Assembly: GCA_964016885.1 (NCBI GenBank)
Contig: OZ024741.1
Location: forward strand, 84,196,001-84,260,000
From: Eledone cirrhosa
Lineage: Eukaryota
Direction: 5' to 3'
Length of the DNA: 64,000 nucleotides
In this document: one piece after another, positions 42,185-57,299 of the stretch
Layout: each line of letters opens with the position of its first letter
Numbering within the stretch: the first letter of the stretch is position 1
The notes under the pieces: model-generated
What the model was told of the DNA's origin: nothing
What the model saw: only the letters and a program-made list of their open reading frames with translations
Databases searched by the model: none
Position numbers and translations under genes: made by a program

Positions 42185-43110
42185 CCGCTGCATTAAGTGT
42201 GGCCGAAACTCGAGTCGGGCGAATAACTATGTGTATACTCTGGGAATATTTCCTGCATTACCTATTGTATACGCTGAGATACAACCGTTTCTGGCATTGA
42301 TAAATATGCTGGGTCCTTCAACTCCTTATTATTATTGTTTTGACATGCGCTCTAATTCCTGCTATTAATTTTATCTCTCACACTTCTAAGTTGTGAAATA
42401 GACTGGTTTACGCACGTGGCTGCGGCAATCCAGCTCGATACTATATATCGCTGTATAATGGATACTGGCATTTAATGTCCGTTAAGGTTCTTGCCACTAC
42501 CATTGTTACTATCACTTTCCTCTAGCCATGGGACTTGGAGACATGAGCTGAATGCTACCATTCTAATATACATCGATGTGGGACTGCTCTTTCTAATAAG
42601 CATCTTTTCACTTATTATTAATTTATGTCAGAGACACGTTGGCTGAGACATTTGACGGGACGAAAAGATTTGTTTTCTATTCTCCCGCCACCACGCAAAC
42701 TTTGTAAATCGGTGGCTGGTCGAGAGACAGAATTTTATCCGATTCCAGTTGCTAATCACTTTAATATGTCGGCCGTCACAAACAGTCATAGCCGGCATCG
42801 GCTGTAGTTTGGATTCTGTCGATCGATTGGTTATTGATTAGGCGATACCCGCTGATGAAGCCACATGCGCCGATTATGAATTGTTGCATAATATATGCAG
42901 ACAGAGGGTGCAGTGCACCCTACTGCTGAATAGAATTTGGCCAAAAGTCGAGTCCGGAACCTGTTATAGGCACCCGTTTTACGCGTGCTGTATTGAAGCG
43001 AATAACTATGTGTATACTCTGGGAATATACCCTACATTACCTATTGAGTATGCTGAGATACAACCGGTTCTAGCATTGATAAATATGCTGGGTTCGTCAA
43101 GTCCTTATTA
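42185..43110 (+). mobile_element. Decayed tandem HHR-bearing repeat
   Basis: Direct repeat at 42219-42330 and 42998-43109; GAAAC-TCGA-GTC near 42205; CCG-CTGATGA-AGCCA...TGGCC-aaaag-TCGA-GTC-CGG at 42849-42957. Confidence 0.6.
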
Positions 43111-43117
43111 TATATAC

Positions 43118-44070
<953 letters not shown>

Positions 44071-44071
<1 letters not shown>

Positions 44072-44822
44072 TAGCATTAAAGCCCGCAATGGCTCGGGTT
44101 CAGTAAGTTACCTGGACTGCCGAAGCAGGAGCTGCGCCAGCAGTGACAATTGTAGTTTCGCCTATGGTTATTATCTCTGTGCAAAGAAGTGCTGGAATTT
44201 ATTGTTTCACAGTACTTGCGCAACACGCGCGTAGTCGATGCCAGCCGAACAATAGAGCCGCGATGGAGTTTTTCTGCATGGTTGTCTAATGTGTGTTTCT
44301 AAATTTAAGACAGTAGGGATGGGTGTGATATGGGGGAGAGTTAGCTGCTGTTTCTAGCAGGTTTAGTGACCTCATAGAGGATATTATTGTGTATAGTAAA
44401 TAAACTGATACTTCTTTCTTCCAAGTTCGTTGAGAGATGTTTTAAAAACGATTTATCGCTATTTGTGTTGTTGTTGAATAAATGTATATGTTGCTTTCCT
44501 CTCTTCTTTCTTCGGCGTTCCTAAAGGAAGTTTGTAAGTTTAAGCGTATATAAGAGAAAGTTGCAGCATGTATGTATTTTTATCGAATTTTAAGGAGACA
44601 GGTAATCAGATTGTATTAGAGGGGTAAAGCGTCATGTATTTAGTTTTATCGATTATTTCCGTAATTGTGGGTGAGTTTGAAATAAATAAATGGTGGTTGC
44701 CCTAAATTATGATATTTACAACATTCTTACAGAGGTTGTGTGGAATCGGTTTGAAATTGTGCAAATGTATAAAAATGAAACATGCACAAACACACACACA
44801 ACAACAATCTGCCTTTTATAGA
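44071..44822 (-). mobile_element. Non-autonomous Helitron-like element
   Basis: Minus strand starts TCTATAAAAGGCAG and ends with hairpin CCCGagccattgCGGG followed by CTAG. Confidence 0.65.
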
Positions 44823-45004
44823 TAATTGTTTCTACTTTTGGCACAAGGCCAGCAATTATACCAGTGTATTACTGATACTTTATTTTATCGACCCTATAAG
44901 GATGAAAGGCAAAGTTAACCTAGGCGGGATTTGAACTCAGTCCGTAAAGGGACGTAACCGTGCTGCAAAGCGTCCGACCCTCTACCGATAATACCAATCC
45001 ACCG
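44823..45004 (-). mobile_element. tRNA-derived SINE
   Basis: Same family as 2209-2398. Confidence 0.85.
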
Positions 45005-45006
45005 AA

Positions 45007-45069
<63 letters not shown>

Positions 45070-45077
<8 letters not shown>

Positions 45078-45505
45078 TAAATAGAAACTATATTTATTAA
45101 ACCATAATTATTTTATTATATATATTTCAAGGACAACCAAGGCAAATTATGGTGCGCTTTCATCAGACAAAATACAGATTTATTTCATGAATAAATATTG
45201 ACATACCCGGAGAAAAGACAACATTAGCGGTTGAAGCTTCCTGGTTAGCTTCAACCGTTAAGGTTGCCTTTTTACCGGATATGTCAATATTTATTTATAA
45301 ATCAAATATGTATTTTATGTGATGAAAACGCACCATAATTTGCCTTGGTTGCACTTGAAATATATCTAATAAAATAATTATGGTTTTATAAATATAGTTT
45401 ACATTTAATAATATATTGAATATTTACTCCACTCCTGTTGAGTGCTTTATATAAGTTATAAACAGTTTTAAGGTCGTTGAATCCCAACAAATTAAATATA
45501 ACCTC

Positions 45506-45510
<5 letters not shown>
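45070..45510. mobile_element. Older fold-back insert, Naiad-like pLTR subfamily, with HHR at 45109-45174 (-)
   Basis: Diverged arms at about 45070-45238 and 45248-45415; tail to 45510. Confidence 0.8.
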
Positions 45511-45556
<46 letters not shown>

Positions 45557-45561
<5 letters not shown>

Positions 45562-45994
45562 GAAGTTATATTTAATTTGTTAGGATACAACAAGCAAATA
45601 TTTTTATAACTGATATAAAGCACTCAATAAATTATTGGAGTAAAAATACAATATATTAACAAATGGAAACTATATTTATAAAACCATATTTATTTCATTA
45701 TACGTATTTCAAGGACACAAAGCAAATTATGGTGCGCTTTCATCAGATAAAATATAATATAGATCAGTTTTATAAACAAATATTGACATACCCATAAAAA
45801 ATGCGACCATGTCGGTTGGAAGCTGCCGGATAGTGGGGTTACTCAATATTTGTCAATATTTGTTTATAAAACTGATCTATATTATATTTTATCTGATGAA
45901 AGCGCACCATAATTTGCTTTAGTGTCCTTGAAATATGTATAATGAAATAAATATGTTTTTATAAATATAGTTTCCATTTGTTAATATATTGTAT
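45557..45994. mobile_element. Fold-back insert, Naiad-like pLTR subfamily, with HHRs at 45691-45754 (-) and 45885-45949 (+)
   Basis: Tail 45557-45645; arms within 45646-45994. Confidence 0.82.
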
Positions 45995-46019
45995 ATATAT
46001 ATAAATATATATATATATA

Positions 46020-46828
46020 TTTGTTTTGCGAGGTTTTGATGGTCTATCCTTTCACCTATGCTACGTAGCATAGGTGAAAGGATACACCAACACTGGGGGG
46101 AACTAAAAGGACGAAAAAACGGTTCAGTACTATACGAACACGCCACACAACAACATGGTGGTAACATAGACAACATAGAAATTAAAATAATATCTAAACA
46201 TAGAAAAGACCCAGCAGATAGGCAAATCAGAGAGGCAGGTGAAATAGGACTTAGAAGGCCAAAGCTAAACAGAAAAAATGAATGGAATAACAGCAACACA
46301 GAAACAAACTATACTGACCTAAGAGAAATATAAATAAATAAATAAATATATACAGAAGCACAATAACAACAAACACATATAAACACACACTAGTAAACTA
46401 ACATAGAATACAAAAACCAAAACACACTCACCCAAACGCGAACACACACCACACACTATACACATACGCAAACGCATGCGCAGAGAAGAAGACAAAAATA
46501 AATAAATAAATAAATAAAAAATAAATAAATAAATAAACAGATTAAATAAAGATGGCGTAGACATACAATACAACAGGATGAAACATAATAGCACCACTGA
46601 CGATGTTGCAGATGTGGAACGAAAGAAGTTTGTTAGACTACATATATGTGTTTGTGTCTATATTATATCTGTATTTTTGACCGTTGGTCAGTCAATGGTA
46701 AACATTGAGGACCGAATAAATTAACTAATATAAAAGATACAGAAGCAAAAACCAACCAAAGAGTGAGTATGTTCTGTTATTAATTCTGGCAATATTATTA
46801 CAACAATATGACCCCCTCCCCCAAGTAT

Positions 46829-46836
<8 letters not shown>
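46020..46836 (+). mobile_element. 3' fragment of the 13.8-kb PLE family (end of GIY-YIG plus 3' UTR) with an inverted tail stub
   Basis: ORF 46058-46333 SIGERIHQHW...LNRKNEW; 46020-46037 is the inverted tail; local palindrome at 46041-46089. Confidence 0.85.
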
Positions 46837-46866
<30 letters not shown>

Positions 46867-46868
<2 letters not shown>

Positions 46869-47074
46869 CGAAGGAAATGTGGTAAGGAACTAGGTGGACC
46901 ATAACGCACCAAAGTACTCAATACTTAGGGTAGTAGAATGGGTAATAGGAACGAGTAGGACCCCGACGGCTGAGCTCTAGCCGTTTCGACGGCTAATTCT
47001 GGACGGCTAATTCAGTCCAGAATTAGCCGTCGAAACGGTTTGAGCTCAGCCGTCGGGGTCATACTCATTCCTAT
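46867..47074. mobile_element. Family A fold-back insert, second copy
   Basis: Tail 46867-46944, palindrome 46945-47074. Confidence 0.8.
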
Positions 47075-49022
47075 ATATATACAAATATAAATTTAGCGAG
47101 AATACCATTTCGGCGGGTAGAAATTAGCGAAACGCAACTTCCGTAATGTGTAGACAAGTTCTCCATGGATATGAAGAAGATACCAGAGCTATAAACATAA
47201 GTTAAAAAGGTCATACATACTGAGACGATGGTTAAGAAGCCATTAACCACCAGAGCCAAATAAGTGCACAAGCTAAACGGGTCAAACAAAATAAGATATG
47301 ATTGAAATAGTTACCCGGACCCTCGGGGAAGATGGAATACTCCGAATTTCGGTTTCTGCAACACCTAAATCAATAATACTGTCTGCTTATAAAGAATAAG
47401 CTTTTGGTATAATGATCGAACAAGGCATTGCTTTCTCAAACAGGCATTTTGTTTTTCGTGGTCTGGAAACTCTCAGGTTATGAAAGCATATTTGAGGTTC
47501 TAAGGGGAGGAAACCCCTATTTTGGCCAGTGAAATCAGCATGTGTAGTTATTGCAAAAATTTGCAAAAATAGCACAAAACGAATAAAGCTCTGGACCGAG
47601 TTGTTTTTAAAATAAACTTAAGCGATTAATCAGTCAATAGAATTAAATAAAGAGCCCCCAAAATTAACTGGTTAATCGCTTGACATGGGAGTAATTTATG
47701 TTCAAGTTTATGTACAATTTTCCATTATAGTTCGCCGTTTAATATTCAAAATATTTAATCTAAGTTATTTCAGAGTAATGTATAATATTTTTGGTTTTAA
47801 AATTTAATAGGTATTTTTATTAATATTATAATTATGTTTAATTTTTAAATTTCAAATTTTATGAAAAGAAGTTTAAAGGATTTACGAAACACAAGAAAGA
47901 AAATATATAATGCCTTTATACCCTTACGAAGGTAACCTTTACCAAAATTATTTATAATATTGACAACAGTTTATATAATACAATTCATAAAATAATTCTA
48001 GTTATAATGATTAAAGAATTTATTGTTAAATAGTTTGAGTGCCTAAAGGATCAACCGGCCTTTTAACTAAACTTAAAGAAGTCTGAATTTTTAATTATAT
48101 ATATGTGTTGATCAAAACATATACATGGATTATAGTTTATTATTTGTTTATAATTGAGGTGAAACGTTTCAAATATATATAATATAATACAATAATATAA
48201 TATATTAAATAAGTTACTGAAAATATTGTTCACAAAATATATATAGTTAAGAAATATTGTTAAAAATATTGTTAAAAAATTAATGTTTGATATCAATTAT
48301 TTTCATTTAGTCAAAACTACATGAATCCTAATGATAGGGCTAGATGTAAAGTAAATATACAAATAAAAGATAATGAATTGTTTGCGAAACTTGAAATATG
48401 CCAAATATTAAAAATATATTATAAATGTAATAGGGTTTTAATATAGTAGACAAAAGATACATCTAAAATATTTTAGCGAATGTGATAGAAAGAGAAGCTA
48501 AGTATTTGAAAAAGCCGAAGGTAATCTATATTTAATTAAAATAAAATAAGATAGATTAAATTATATTATATTAAGTAAAAATCATTATATAAATTCGAAC
48601 TTCCAGGGAATATCAAACACTTATAACAATCTACAGTCATTTGAGTGTCTAAAATATTTTATAAATGTAGCTACGATTAAGTTATTACACTAGATAAAGA
48701 TATTTGTACAACTATATAGAGATATTATTATAGGTATTAATGAAACGGTATACATTTAATAAATAAATAATTATAATCATTATTAGTAATGCTATAATTG
48801 TAGTTTTACCTCCAGTTCAGTGGAGAGAGAGACCAATATTTGTCGACCATTATGGTTTGATATATTTATACCTAGACATATATAAAAATGCAAATCTAAC
48901 ATTCTGAGAAAACCTTTACCGTTGAGTGCTTCCAATCTATTGTAAATCTCATTCTTTGATGTATTCATTAAACGTTGTTTAACTTTTAAATATATATATA
49001 TATATATAATATATATATATAT

Positions 49023-49402
49023 ATATTGTTATACTTTGGGAGGGTCATGTTGCCAATAAGAAACACACGCACCAGTTGCTTTCACTTCAATTTATTATAT
49101 ATTTATAAATTTATAAATTTACAAATCTACAAACCTATAAATTTCTGGTTGGTTGGTTGGTTCCACAACCAGATAGTTGTTTATATATAGTCATAGTCCT
49201 TTCGTCACCAACCAACCAACCAGAAATTTATAGGTTTGTAGATTTGTAAATTTATAAATTTATAAATATATAATAAATTGAAGTGAAAGCAACTGGTGCG
49301 TGTGTTTCTTATTGGCAACATGACCCTCCCAAAGTATAACAATATCGGTTTCAACACACGATTTCAGATGAAGAATCTTGCTAAACAAATTCAGAAACGA
49401 AA
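49023..49402. mobile_element. Fold-back insert related to the 13.8-kb PLE terminus
   Basis: Arms 49023-49162 and about 49209-49345; tail 49346-49402 resembles 16694-16750; shared terminus ATGACCCTCCCMAAGTATAACAATAT. Confidence 0.8.
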
Positions 49403-49434
49403 TATATATATATATTATATATATAATATATATA

Positions 49435-49465
<31 letters not shown>

Positions 49466-49534
49466 ATATTATATATATAATATATATAATATATATAATA
49501 TATATATATATATAATATATATATAATATATATA

Positions 49535-49595
<61 letters not shown>

Positions 49596-49623
49596 ATATA
49601 TGTAATATATATATAATATATAT

Positions 49624-49713
<90 letters not shown>

Positions 49714-49811
49714 TGTTACCTACATAGAGCACTCTTTTTTCCTGGACTTTTCCGACGGAATTACTTCATTCACACATATATATATATAAATATATATATG
49801 TATAGAAAACA

Positions 49812-49859
<48 letters not shown>

Positions 49860-49896
49860 AACCATATATGTATATATATATATTTATATATATAAA

Positions 49897-49983
<87 letters not shown>

Positions 49984-49996
49984 ATATAAATATATG

Positions 49997-50028
<32 letters not shown>

Positions 50029-50048
50029 AATATATATATATATAAAAC

Positions 50049-50396
<348 letters not shown>

Positions 50397-51263
50397 TTAT
50401 ATATAGGTGTGTGTATATGTGTGTGAGTAAAGTAAGAAATAATGGAAACATCACGGAAGAATATTTAAAAAATGTTTCGTTCTTTAATCCGACAAAGTGT
50501 TATATTTTTGGTAAAAGAGGAACACATTTTATATAAAGGGTTTTATGAAATATATAAAATATTACTGGTTTCGATGTAATTCATCTTCTCAATTATTGAA
50601 ATTAGAATTACAGGTTGAAGAAGGTCTGTTCATATTTTGTATTGTGAAAATGACTGAGGCACTTCAGAGAAATACTTTTCACATATACACTATGTAGGTA
50701 CGTAGTTTAACAGGTCAACGTTAATAGAATGATTTCTATATGTGAAGAAATTGTTTAAACAAACATATTTTTAACCCTTTTGTGTTTCTTGAAATCATAG
50801 CACGATGATATATGACCTGTACAGTTTTCCAATTTAAAACTTGCAGTGATATGGATCACATTTGCTTTGATATGGATCACATTTGTACAAACAAGCATTC
50901 GGCACCTCCCATGAGTCACAAACGAGTAATAAATGTTATTTTAAAGAGTTTTTCTTCTTTGGAAATTGTTTATACACTTAAAATATGTCCACCGTTTCCT
51001 GTTGATCGTGACAATAACAACTCATTAAAATAACGTTCACCCGCTGTAATTCAATGATCCATTGTCTAATGTATTATATTCAATTTGAAAGGAAGTTGTG
51101 TATGATGAGATGGTTTAATCAAGGTTCATCGCGCCACGTTGAACTTTGATTACACAAGCTTTCACCTACATCTATTTCGTCAGTAATTTTAAACAAATTA
51201 GATAGTCAATTCAATAAGTATGGAGTAAGTATTTTAACATTGGTGGCAATTTGTTATTAGAAT

Positions 51264-51449
51264 TGCGGTGGATTGGCAGTATCGGTAGAGGGTCGGACGC
51301 CATGCTTTCCAGCATAGTTACGTACCTTTACGATCTGAGTTCAAATCCGGCCGAGGTTGACTTTGCCTTTCATCCTTACGGGGTCGATAAAATAAAGTAC
51401 CAGTTATGTACTGGGTAATTGCTGGCCTTGTGCCAAAAGTAGAAACAGT
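51264..51449 (+). mobile_element. tRNA-derived SINE with TSD
   Basis: GTTATTAGAATT on both sides. Confidence 0.88.
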
Positions 51450-52267
51450 TATTAGAATTAGCATCACTTAATAAAAAAAATTATGATTATTTATTCAATT
51501 TTTACGAAAATTATAGTTTTTCTAGAAACAATTTCATATTGCATGTTTAAAAAACTAAGGTATTTTGTGCAATTCATTAAAAAATACCTTTATTATTTAC
51601 ATATTAGTGATTGCTTCAAGATGTACATTCTTCAGATTTAATGAAAGCGTTCCGGGTAAGTGAAGAATCAAAATAATATTATTATTATCTATAAAAATAC
51701 GTTTTTAACTTTGACTAGAAAGAAACTTTTCTCATGACGAAGAAAAATGGTAAGGGCTCAAACAAAAGATTTATATATATTTTTACTTTATATAAAATGC
51801 AAATGCGACTCAGCATATTCCACAACACTTTTGGCTAATATCATGGGTTTTAATATAAATATGTCCCTACAGTTCCACATGTCCTCTAAAAACACTTTCT
51901 AACACATTTCTGAATACTGTTTGGACGTTGGTGATAAATTTAGCAACCATAGTTCCAGTCACGCACTGCAGTCCATTTAATCGATGTTCCCCACACTCAA
52001 ATTTGCTGATCTTTTGCCTAAAACAGAAACCATTATTATTACTTGTCTTATGTTTATTGTACGTCGTCACTGTTTTACGAAGTACATCTCTGTGTTGCGC
52101 CTTGCATATCTGCAATGTGTGTTTCTTGTTTTAGCGTTGCTATTTCTATTGTATTAACAGTTCTCTTCGTACTATGTACTGTGCCTAGTATTGTTATTTT
52201 TTGTATGCTCTATATATATGTAAGTCCTGTTTTTCTTTTTGTTATATATCTAGAAGTGTTTTTCAAC

Positions 52268-52352
52268 TATTACTACTACTACTGCTGCTGCTTCTACTGT
52301 TGCTGCTAATACTATTACTACTTCTTCTACTACTACTGCTGCTGCTGCTGCT

Positions 52353-52401
<49 letters not shown>

Positions 52402-52474
52402 CACTACTTCTACTAAAACTAAAACTAATAATAATAATAATAATACTGCGACCACTACTACTAGTAGTAATAAT
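52268..52474. repeat. Compound (TAC/TGC/TAA)n trinucleotide repeat
   Basis: Direct reading. Confidence 0.95.
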
Positions 52475-55400
52475 GGTTTCTTTATTAACCACAAGGGTTT
52501 ACACAAAGTAGACATTAAGGACAGTACAGGACAATACAGGACGGTACAAAAGGGCATTTCTGCGTGTAAAAAAAACAAAATAACAGAGGATGTAATAACA
52601 GAACATTGAAAAAATTCCCCAATAGGGGGGAGACTTCCGGGGGACATTCGTGGAGAAAGCCCATTAAAAAGCCACAGTGACCCTGACCACCAGGGCAAGT
52701 GCCCTCTCCCAGTTTTCCACCTTTAAATTACAGACACACACTCAGAGTAGGCCCATTCACTCGAGCCATTCTTGCCTATCTCACCCATCTTTCAACAAAA
52801 TGCTGGGAAGAGAGCACTTCCCTCTCTACCCTGATTTTCCTTTTCAAATGAAATTTGAAAAAGTTAATCAGGGCATCACCGAAGAGGTAAGTGCTCGTCT
52901 TCAGCCCTTTCAAACGCGTTCACCATACTAACTCTTTCGCCATGGCCACCAGACAGCTAAAAATTGCTTGCCCTGCCTGGCTAAAGGAAGAGGGCGGGGC
53001 AATCATCACGATGGACTCAGCTGATAGCTGGATCCGTCCCACACGCGACAGCAGGTGTTCGACATAAACCCACAAGTCGGCAATGCTCGGACACTGGACG
53101 AGTGCGTGCAGGACGGTTTCGTCGCCCTGCGCGCATCTCGGACATGCCAGACCGACGGCAACTCCATGCCTGTAGAGTTTATCCCCAACTGGCAAAGCTC
53201 CTCGGTAGCACTGCCAGGTCAGGGATTTATGGAAGTTGTCCATAGGCCCCGACCCGAAAGTTCTTCCGAAGACATTGGCTAGTTGATTTTCGTCGACGCC
53301 TAGAGTTTCCCCAAGTACGTCGTCGCTCTTCTCCTCCACTAATCTTCTATAGAACGCCAAGGTGGAGTTTCCACCGATCACATTTCCCGATTGGTCTAGG
53401 GCTGTAAGCGCCTGAAGATATTCCAGTCTCCAAGCGCTCCCTCTCAGTCTTCGCTTGATCCAGGACTGCAGCTCCGTCTAGGAGACGAACTGGGGAGAGA
53501 CGCGTCTAGCAAACGGCGACCACACCTGATCACCGTCGAGAAAGAGGTGGATATGTCATAGCCGGAGCGCGTGTCTGCGCATCATCAGCCACGGCATGCC
53601 CAGCCCTCCACGTAGCGGGTGTTGACCGCAGATGCACCGCCTGACCATCGGAGCGCGTCCCTTCCACAAAAAGCGAAAGAGCAAACGCTCCAGCGCAGTC
53701 AGGCGAGGCTTAGGACAAGGCACGACGGTCAGGCGGTAGAATATGACGGACGCGATGTACGCGTTAGCCACCTCCGCTCGACCTTTCAGGGATAGCTTCC
53801 TCTCCGCCCATTTCTGGGTGAGGAGAGAAGCCACCCTGCTCGTCACCTCGTCCTAGTTTTTTACCTCTGGCGGTCCGAACCCAACCAGACCACTAGCAAT
53901 TTAACCGGTCCGTCCGTCCAGCACCCGACGACGCTGTTGGACGGCATGGCCCTGCCTCTCCAGGTGCCGAGCTGCAGGCCCACCGAATTTTTGGTTGATC
54001 ATTGCTCCTGTCACCGCTTTGTATTCTCTTAGTGTAGTGCCGATCGCCTCGATGTGTTTGGCGTTCGACCCCACTACGTTGACATCGTCCGCATATGATG
54101 ACACGGATCTTCCGCATCCTAGTTCGCACGGGACACCCATCAACGTCTCCAGTTTGTGCAGTAATGGCTCGAGAGTCAATACATACAAGAGGGACGAGAG
54201 GGGACATCCTTGGTGGACCGAGCGCATGATGATGAACGGTTCCGAAAGGTGACCGTTCATTCTCACCACAGAGCAGATGTCGCTGTGCATGGCAGTGATC
54301 CAGCCTCTAAAGACGGGCCCAAAGCCAGTCGGCTTCAGGACTACCGCCAGATAATGATGGTCGACCCTAACGAAAGCTTTCGACTTATCTAAATTGATCA
54401 AGGACCCACCCGTGCCAGGTTCCCTAAACACCCTCTCCACGATGTATCGCATGGGGTGGAGGTTGTCATGATGGATCTGTCGGGAATGGCGCAAGTCTGC
54501 GCCTCTCCCAACGACAAGCGCCAACCTCTCTGCTAGCACCTTGGCCAATATCTTGAACTCTGTGTTTAGCAGAGTTATGCGCCTGAAATTATCTATGTTA
54601 TCCCCCTTGTTCGGATTCTTTCTCAGCAGCGCCACTTCTCCTCGGCTCACAGAGCTGGAAATTCTCCCGTTCTGTTGCCAGTTGTAGTAGACGTCCGCCA
54701 AGAGGCCTCCGAACAAGTATGGCATCTGTACGTAAAGTTCATAGCGCAGACCATCCAAACCAGGCGATTTACCACTTGAGCAGCCAGTTATTGCCTCCCG
54801 TACTTCAGCTGCTGTTATCGGCTTTTCGCAACGCTCCGCCTCAGTGGCCGAGAGCCGCGGCAGTCCACCGAAGTAGACACTAAAGTTCATCCCTCGATCC
54901 GGCCCGCCACTGCTCCCGAACAGCGGAGCGAAGTGTCGCTGAATATCTTCAAACATTTGCTCGGAACCAAGTAGCATGCGCCCGTCCTGGTCCACCAAAG
55001 ACCGGGCGTTGCTTTGTTGCCACGACGCGCGTCCGCCACTCGAGCCCATTGAACGGTTTTCGTCACCTCGTGTCTGAGAGCACGCACCCTAGCTCTGACA
55101 AACGCAGCCTTCATGCTTTGCATTGAAGAATTGGTCAAGGGCCAATTTCGCCGCAAGTATGTCGGTCGCGATGCCTTTGCTAAGCGCCTCGTCTATTTTC
55201 TAACTATTTCTCCCTCCGCTCTATTTTTCTCTATTGCTAAAGCCTTACTAAACCTAATGGACTCTATTCTAATCGCTCTTTTCAGAGCAAACCAGCACTT
55301 GTTGTTGGCGATGGCCCCCGTCAACGCCCGCTTAACTAGTTCGCTAATCCGGTCTCTGTAGGCCTTGCGCGCTGGTAATCACGCGTTTAGCTTCCAGTAG

Positions 55401-55490
55401 CCGGGTCCTTGTCTATGAAGCCTATCTAAGTCAACCACACAGATCACGAATCTGTGGTCCATGTAGCTGACTATCTTGAATTGTGGACTA
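52475..55490 (-). mobile_element. 5'-truncated Tx1/L1-group LINE with frameshifted ORF2
   Basis: GPGYWKLN, KSPGLDG, RITLLNTEFKILAKVLAERL, QGCPLSSLLY, YADDV, LSLKGR, CPRC...ETVLHALVQC; TAGTAGTAATAAT at both flanks. Confidence 0.9.
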
Positions 55491-55995
55491 GTAGTAGTAA
55501 TAATATCTGATTTTTTGTGTAACGTATATTTCACTAGTGTCTCTAATGTATAAGTTAAGTGTTTGAAAGAGGCGACAGACTTTGAAAAAGAAATCCCCCA
55601 AAATAACATCAACAACCAAACCATAAAAACAAATATATCTAAAAAAATAACAAATAAATGATGACAAAAACTACCTGCTATATAGACATATTTTCTTCTC
55701 TACTTAAAAAAAAATATCTATCTCTTTATTATATTTTCCTTATATATTTGATTTTATTTTTTTTTTTCTTTTACCAGCGAAAATATATAAACATTAGTTT
55801 AGATGTCATCAATAATATAAACATATTACGTTTACTTTTTTTTTTTTTACTTTTATATATGGTGTATGTTTATTTTGGTCGATTTTATTTTATTTACGAT
55901 ACATTTATATTATTTTCCATCTGAATAATGATTCTACTGCATCAAATGTATAGTTAACTAGTTAAGGTAATGTATATATATATATATATATATAT

Positions 55996-56130
55996 AGTAA
56001 TAATAATAAATTTGAAGACTAAAATCCAAAGAGGGCTCGATAACGATAAATATATATCAAATATATAAGAACCGTAGAGCAAATATTTATTAAAATAACA
56101 GATTTAATAATCTGTTATTTTAATAAATAT
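55996..56130. mobile_element. Family B mini fold-back (22-bp arms plus 87-bp tail)
   Basis: Tail 55996-56082; arms 56083-56104 and 56109-56130. Confidence 0.8.
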
Positions 56131-56613
56131 ATATATATATATAATTGTTTCATTTATATACATGTATCGAGAATGACACTTCTTTTTTACTATTACACTC
56201 CCTTCCATCTTTATCTTCCGCATATAAGTGAGCGCGCGTGTGTGTGTGTTTACACGCGCGCTTTCATACTCGTATGTGTATTTAATACCTGTATCTGGAT
56301 GCATGTCAACTATATTATCATACAATTTTTTCAACTCATATTATATACGTATTTGTGGCCACATATACACAAATATACTTGCCCTCATATATGTACTTAC
56401 GCACACATTTTCACCATACACATGCATTTGTACATACAGACATATGTACATTTGTGAATGTATATACATACATATACACATACCCTAACTATATTTCCTT
56501 ATATTTTTTTCTTATATATATTTTTTATATTTTTTTATATATCTCTTGCATTACTTTTATTTATATATTTTTTGCATTTCTTGAGGAGACTTTCCAAATA
56601 TTTCACTGTTTTA

Positions 56614-56691
56614 AATTGCCTCGTCTGACGAACGAATGAGGACGTTTTTCGTATTCGTCTTATTCGGAAAAGCTCTGGTAATGAGGTAATT
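56614..56691 (+). ncRNA. Type I hammerhead ribozyme with damaged stem III
   Basis: AAUUGCCUCGU-CUGACGA-aCGAAUGAGGACG...CGUCUUAUUCG-GAAA-agcucug-GUA-AUGAGGUAAUU; 11-bp stem I. Confidence 0.75.
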
Positions 56692-56787
56692 ATATTGTAT
56701 TGTTTATTATACATTAAATTTTGCTCTGGTACTTACACAGAGCACTCTTCACTCCTATAACTTTTTCAATTTTCAACCGAAACTTCA

Positions 56788-56835
<48 letters not shown>

Positions 56836-57299
56836 GGAAGTCGTGGGTGTTGCAGGATACTCGCAGATACAAACCTAAGGAAAACATTGCTCAATCTAGT
56901 ATGAGAGAGCTTATTTAGTATATATAAAAATGTCATACAGTTAAAATATATGCGCCACCTTAGGTTTCGGGGTCCAGTTTTGGCCACCATTGTATATTGG
57001 AGGAGCCATTCCAAACCTCGTCACGCATATATGCTACGTGTATGAAATTTTAATATTTATTATATATAAATACATATATAATATAAGTGTAAACGATATA
57101 TGCATGGATATATTAATTAAAAACCAAACTCGGGTTTTGTACATATATAGAGAAGAAATGATATGTAGATTTAGATACCAAATGATATGTAGATTTAGAT
57201 ACCAAATCCAAATCAAATATATACTCTTAAAGGTTCAAATAATACTGTATTTACATAAAAATTGTATTTAACTTACATAGACAGATCTGTTTCTGAGAA

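Noticed and set aside
50560-50595. HHR-like GAAGATG-aatta-CATCGAAAC on the minus strand; similar at 60220-60250
   Set aside because: Each lacks part of the core and a clear stem I; probably ancient relics.
51264-51360. tRNA gene
   Set aside because: A/B boxes belong to a multicopy SINE head with TSDs; no cloverleaf.
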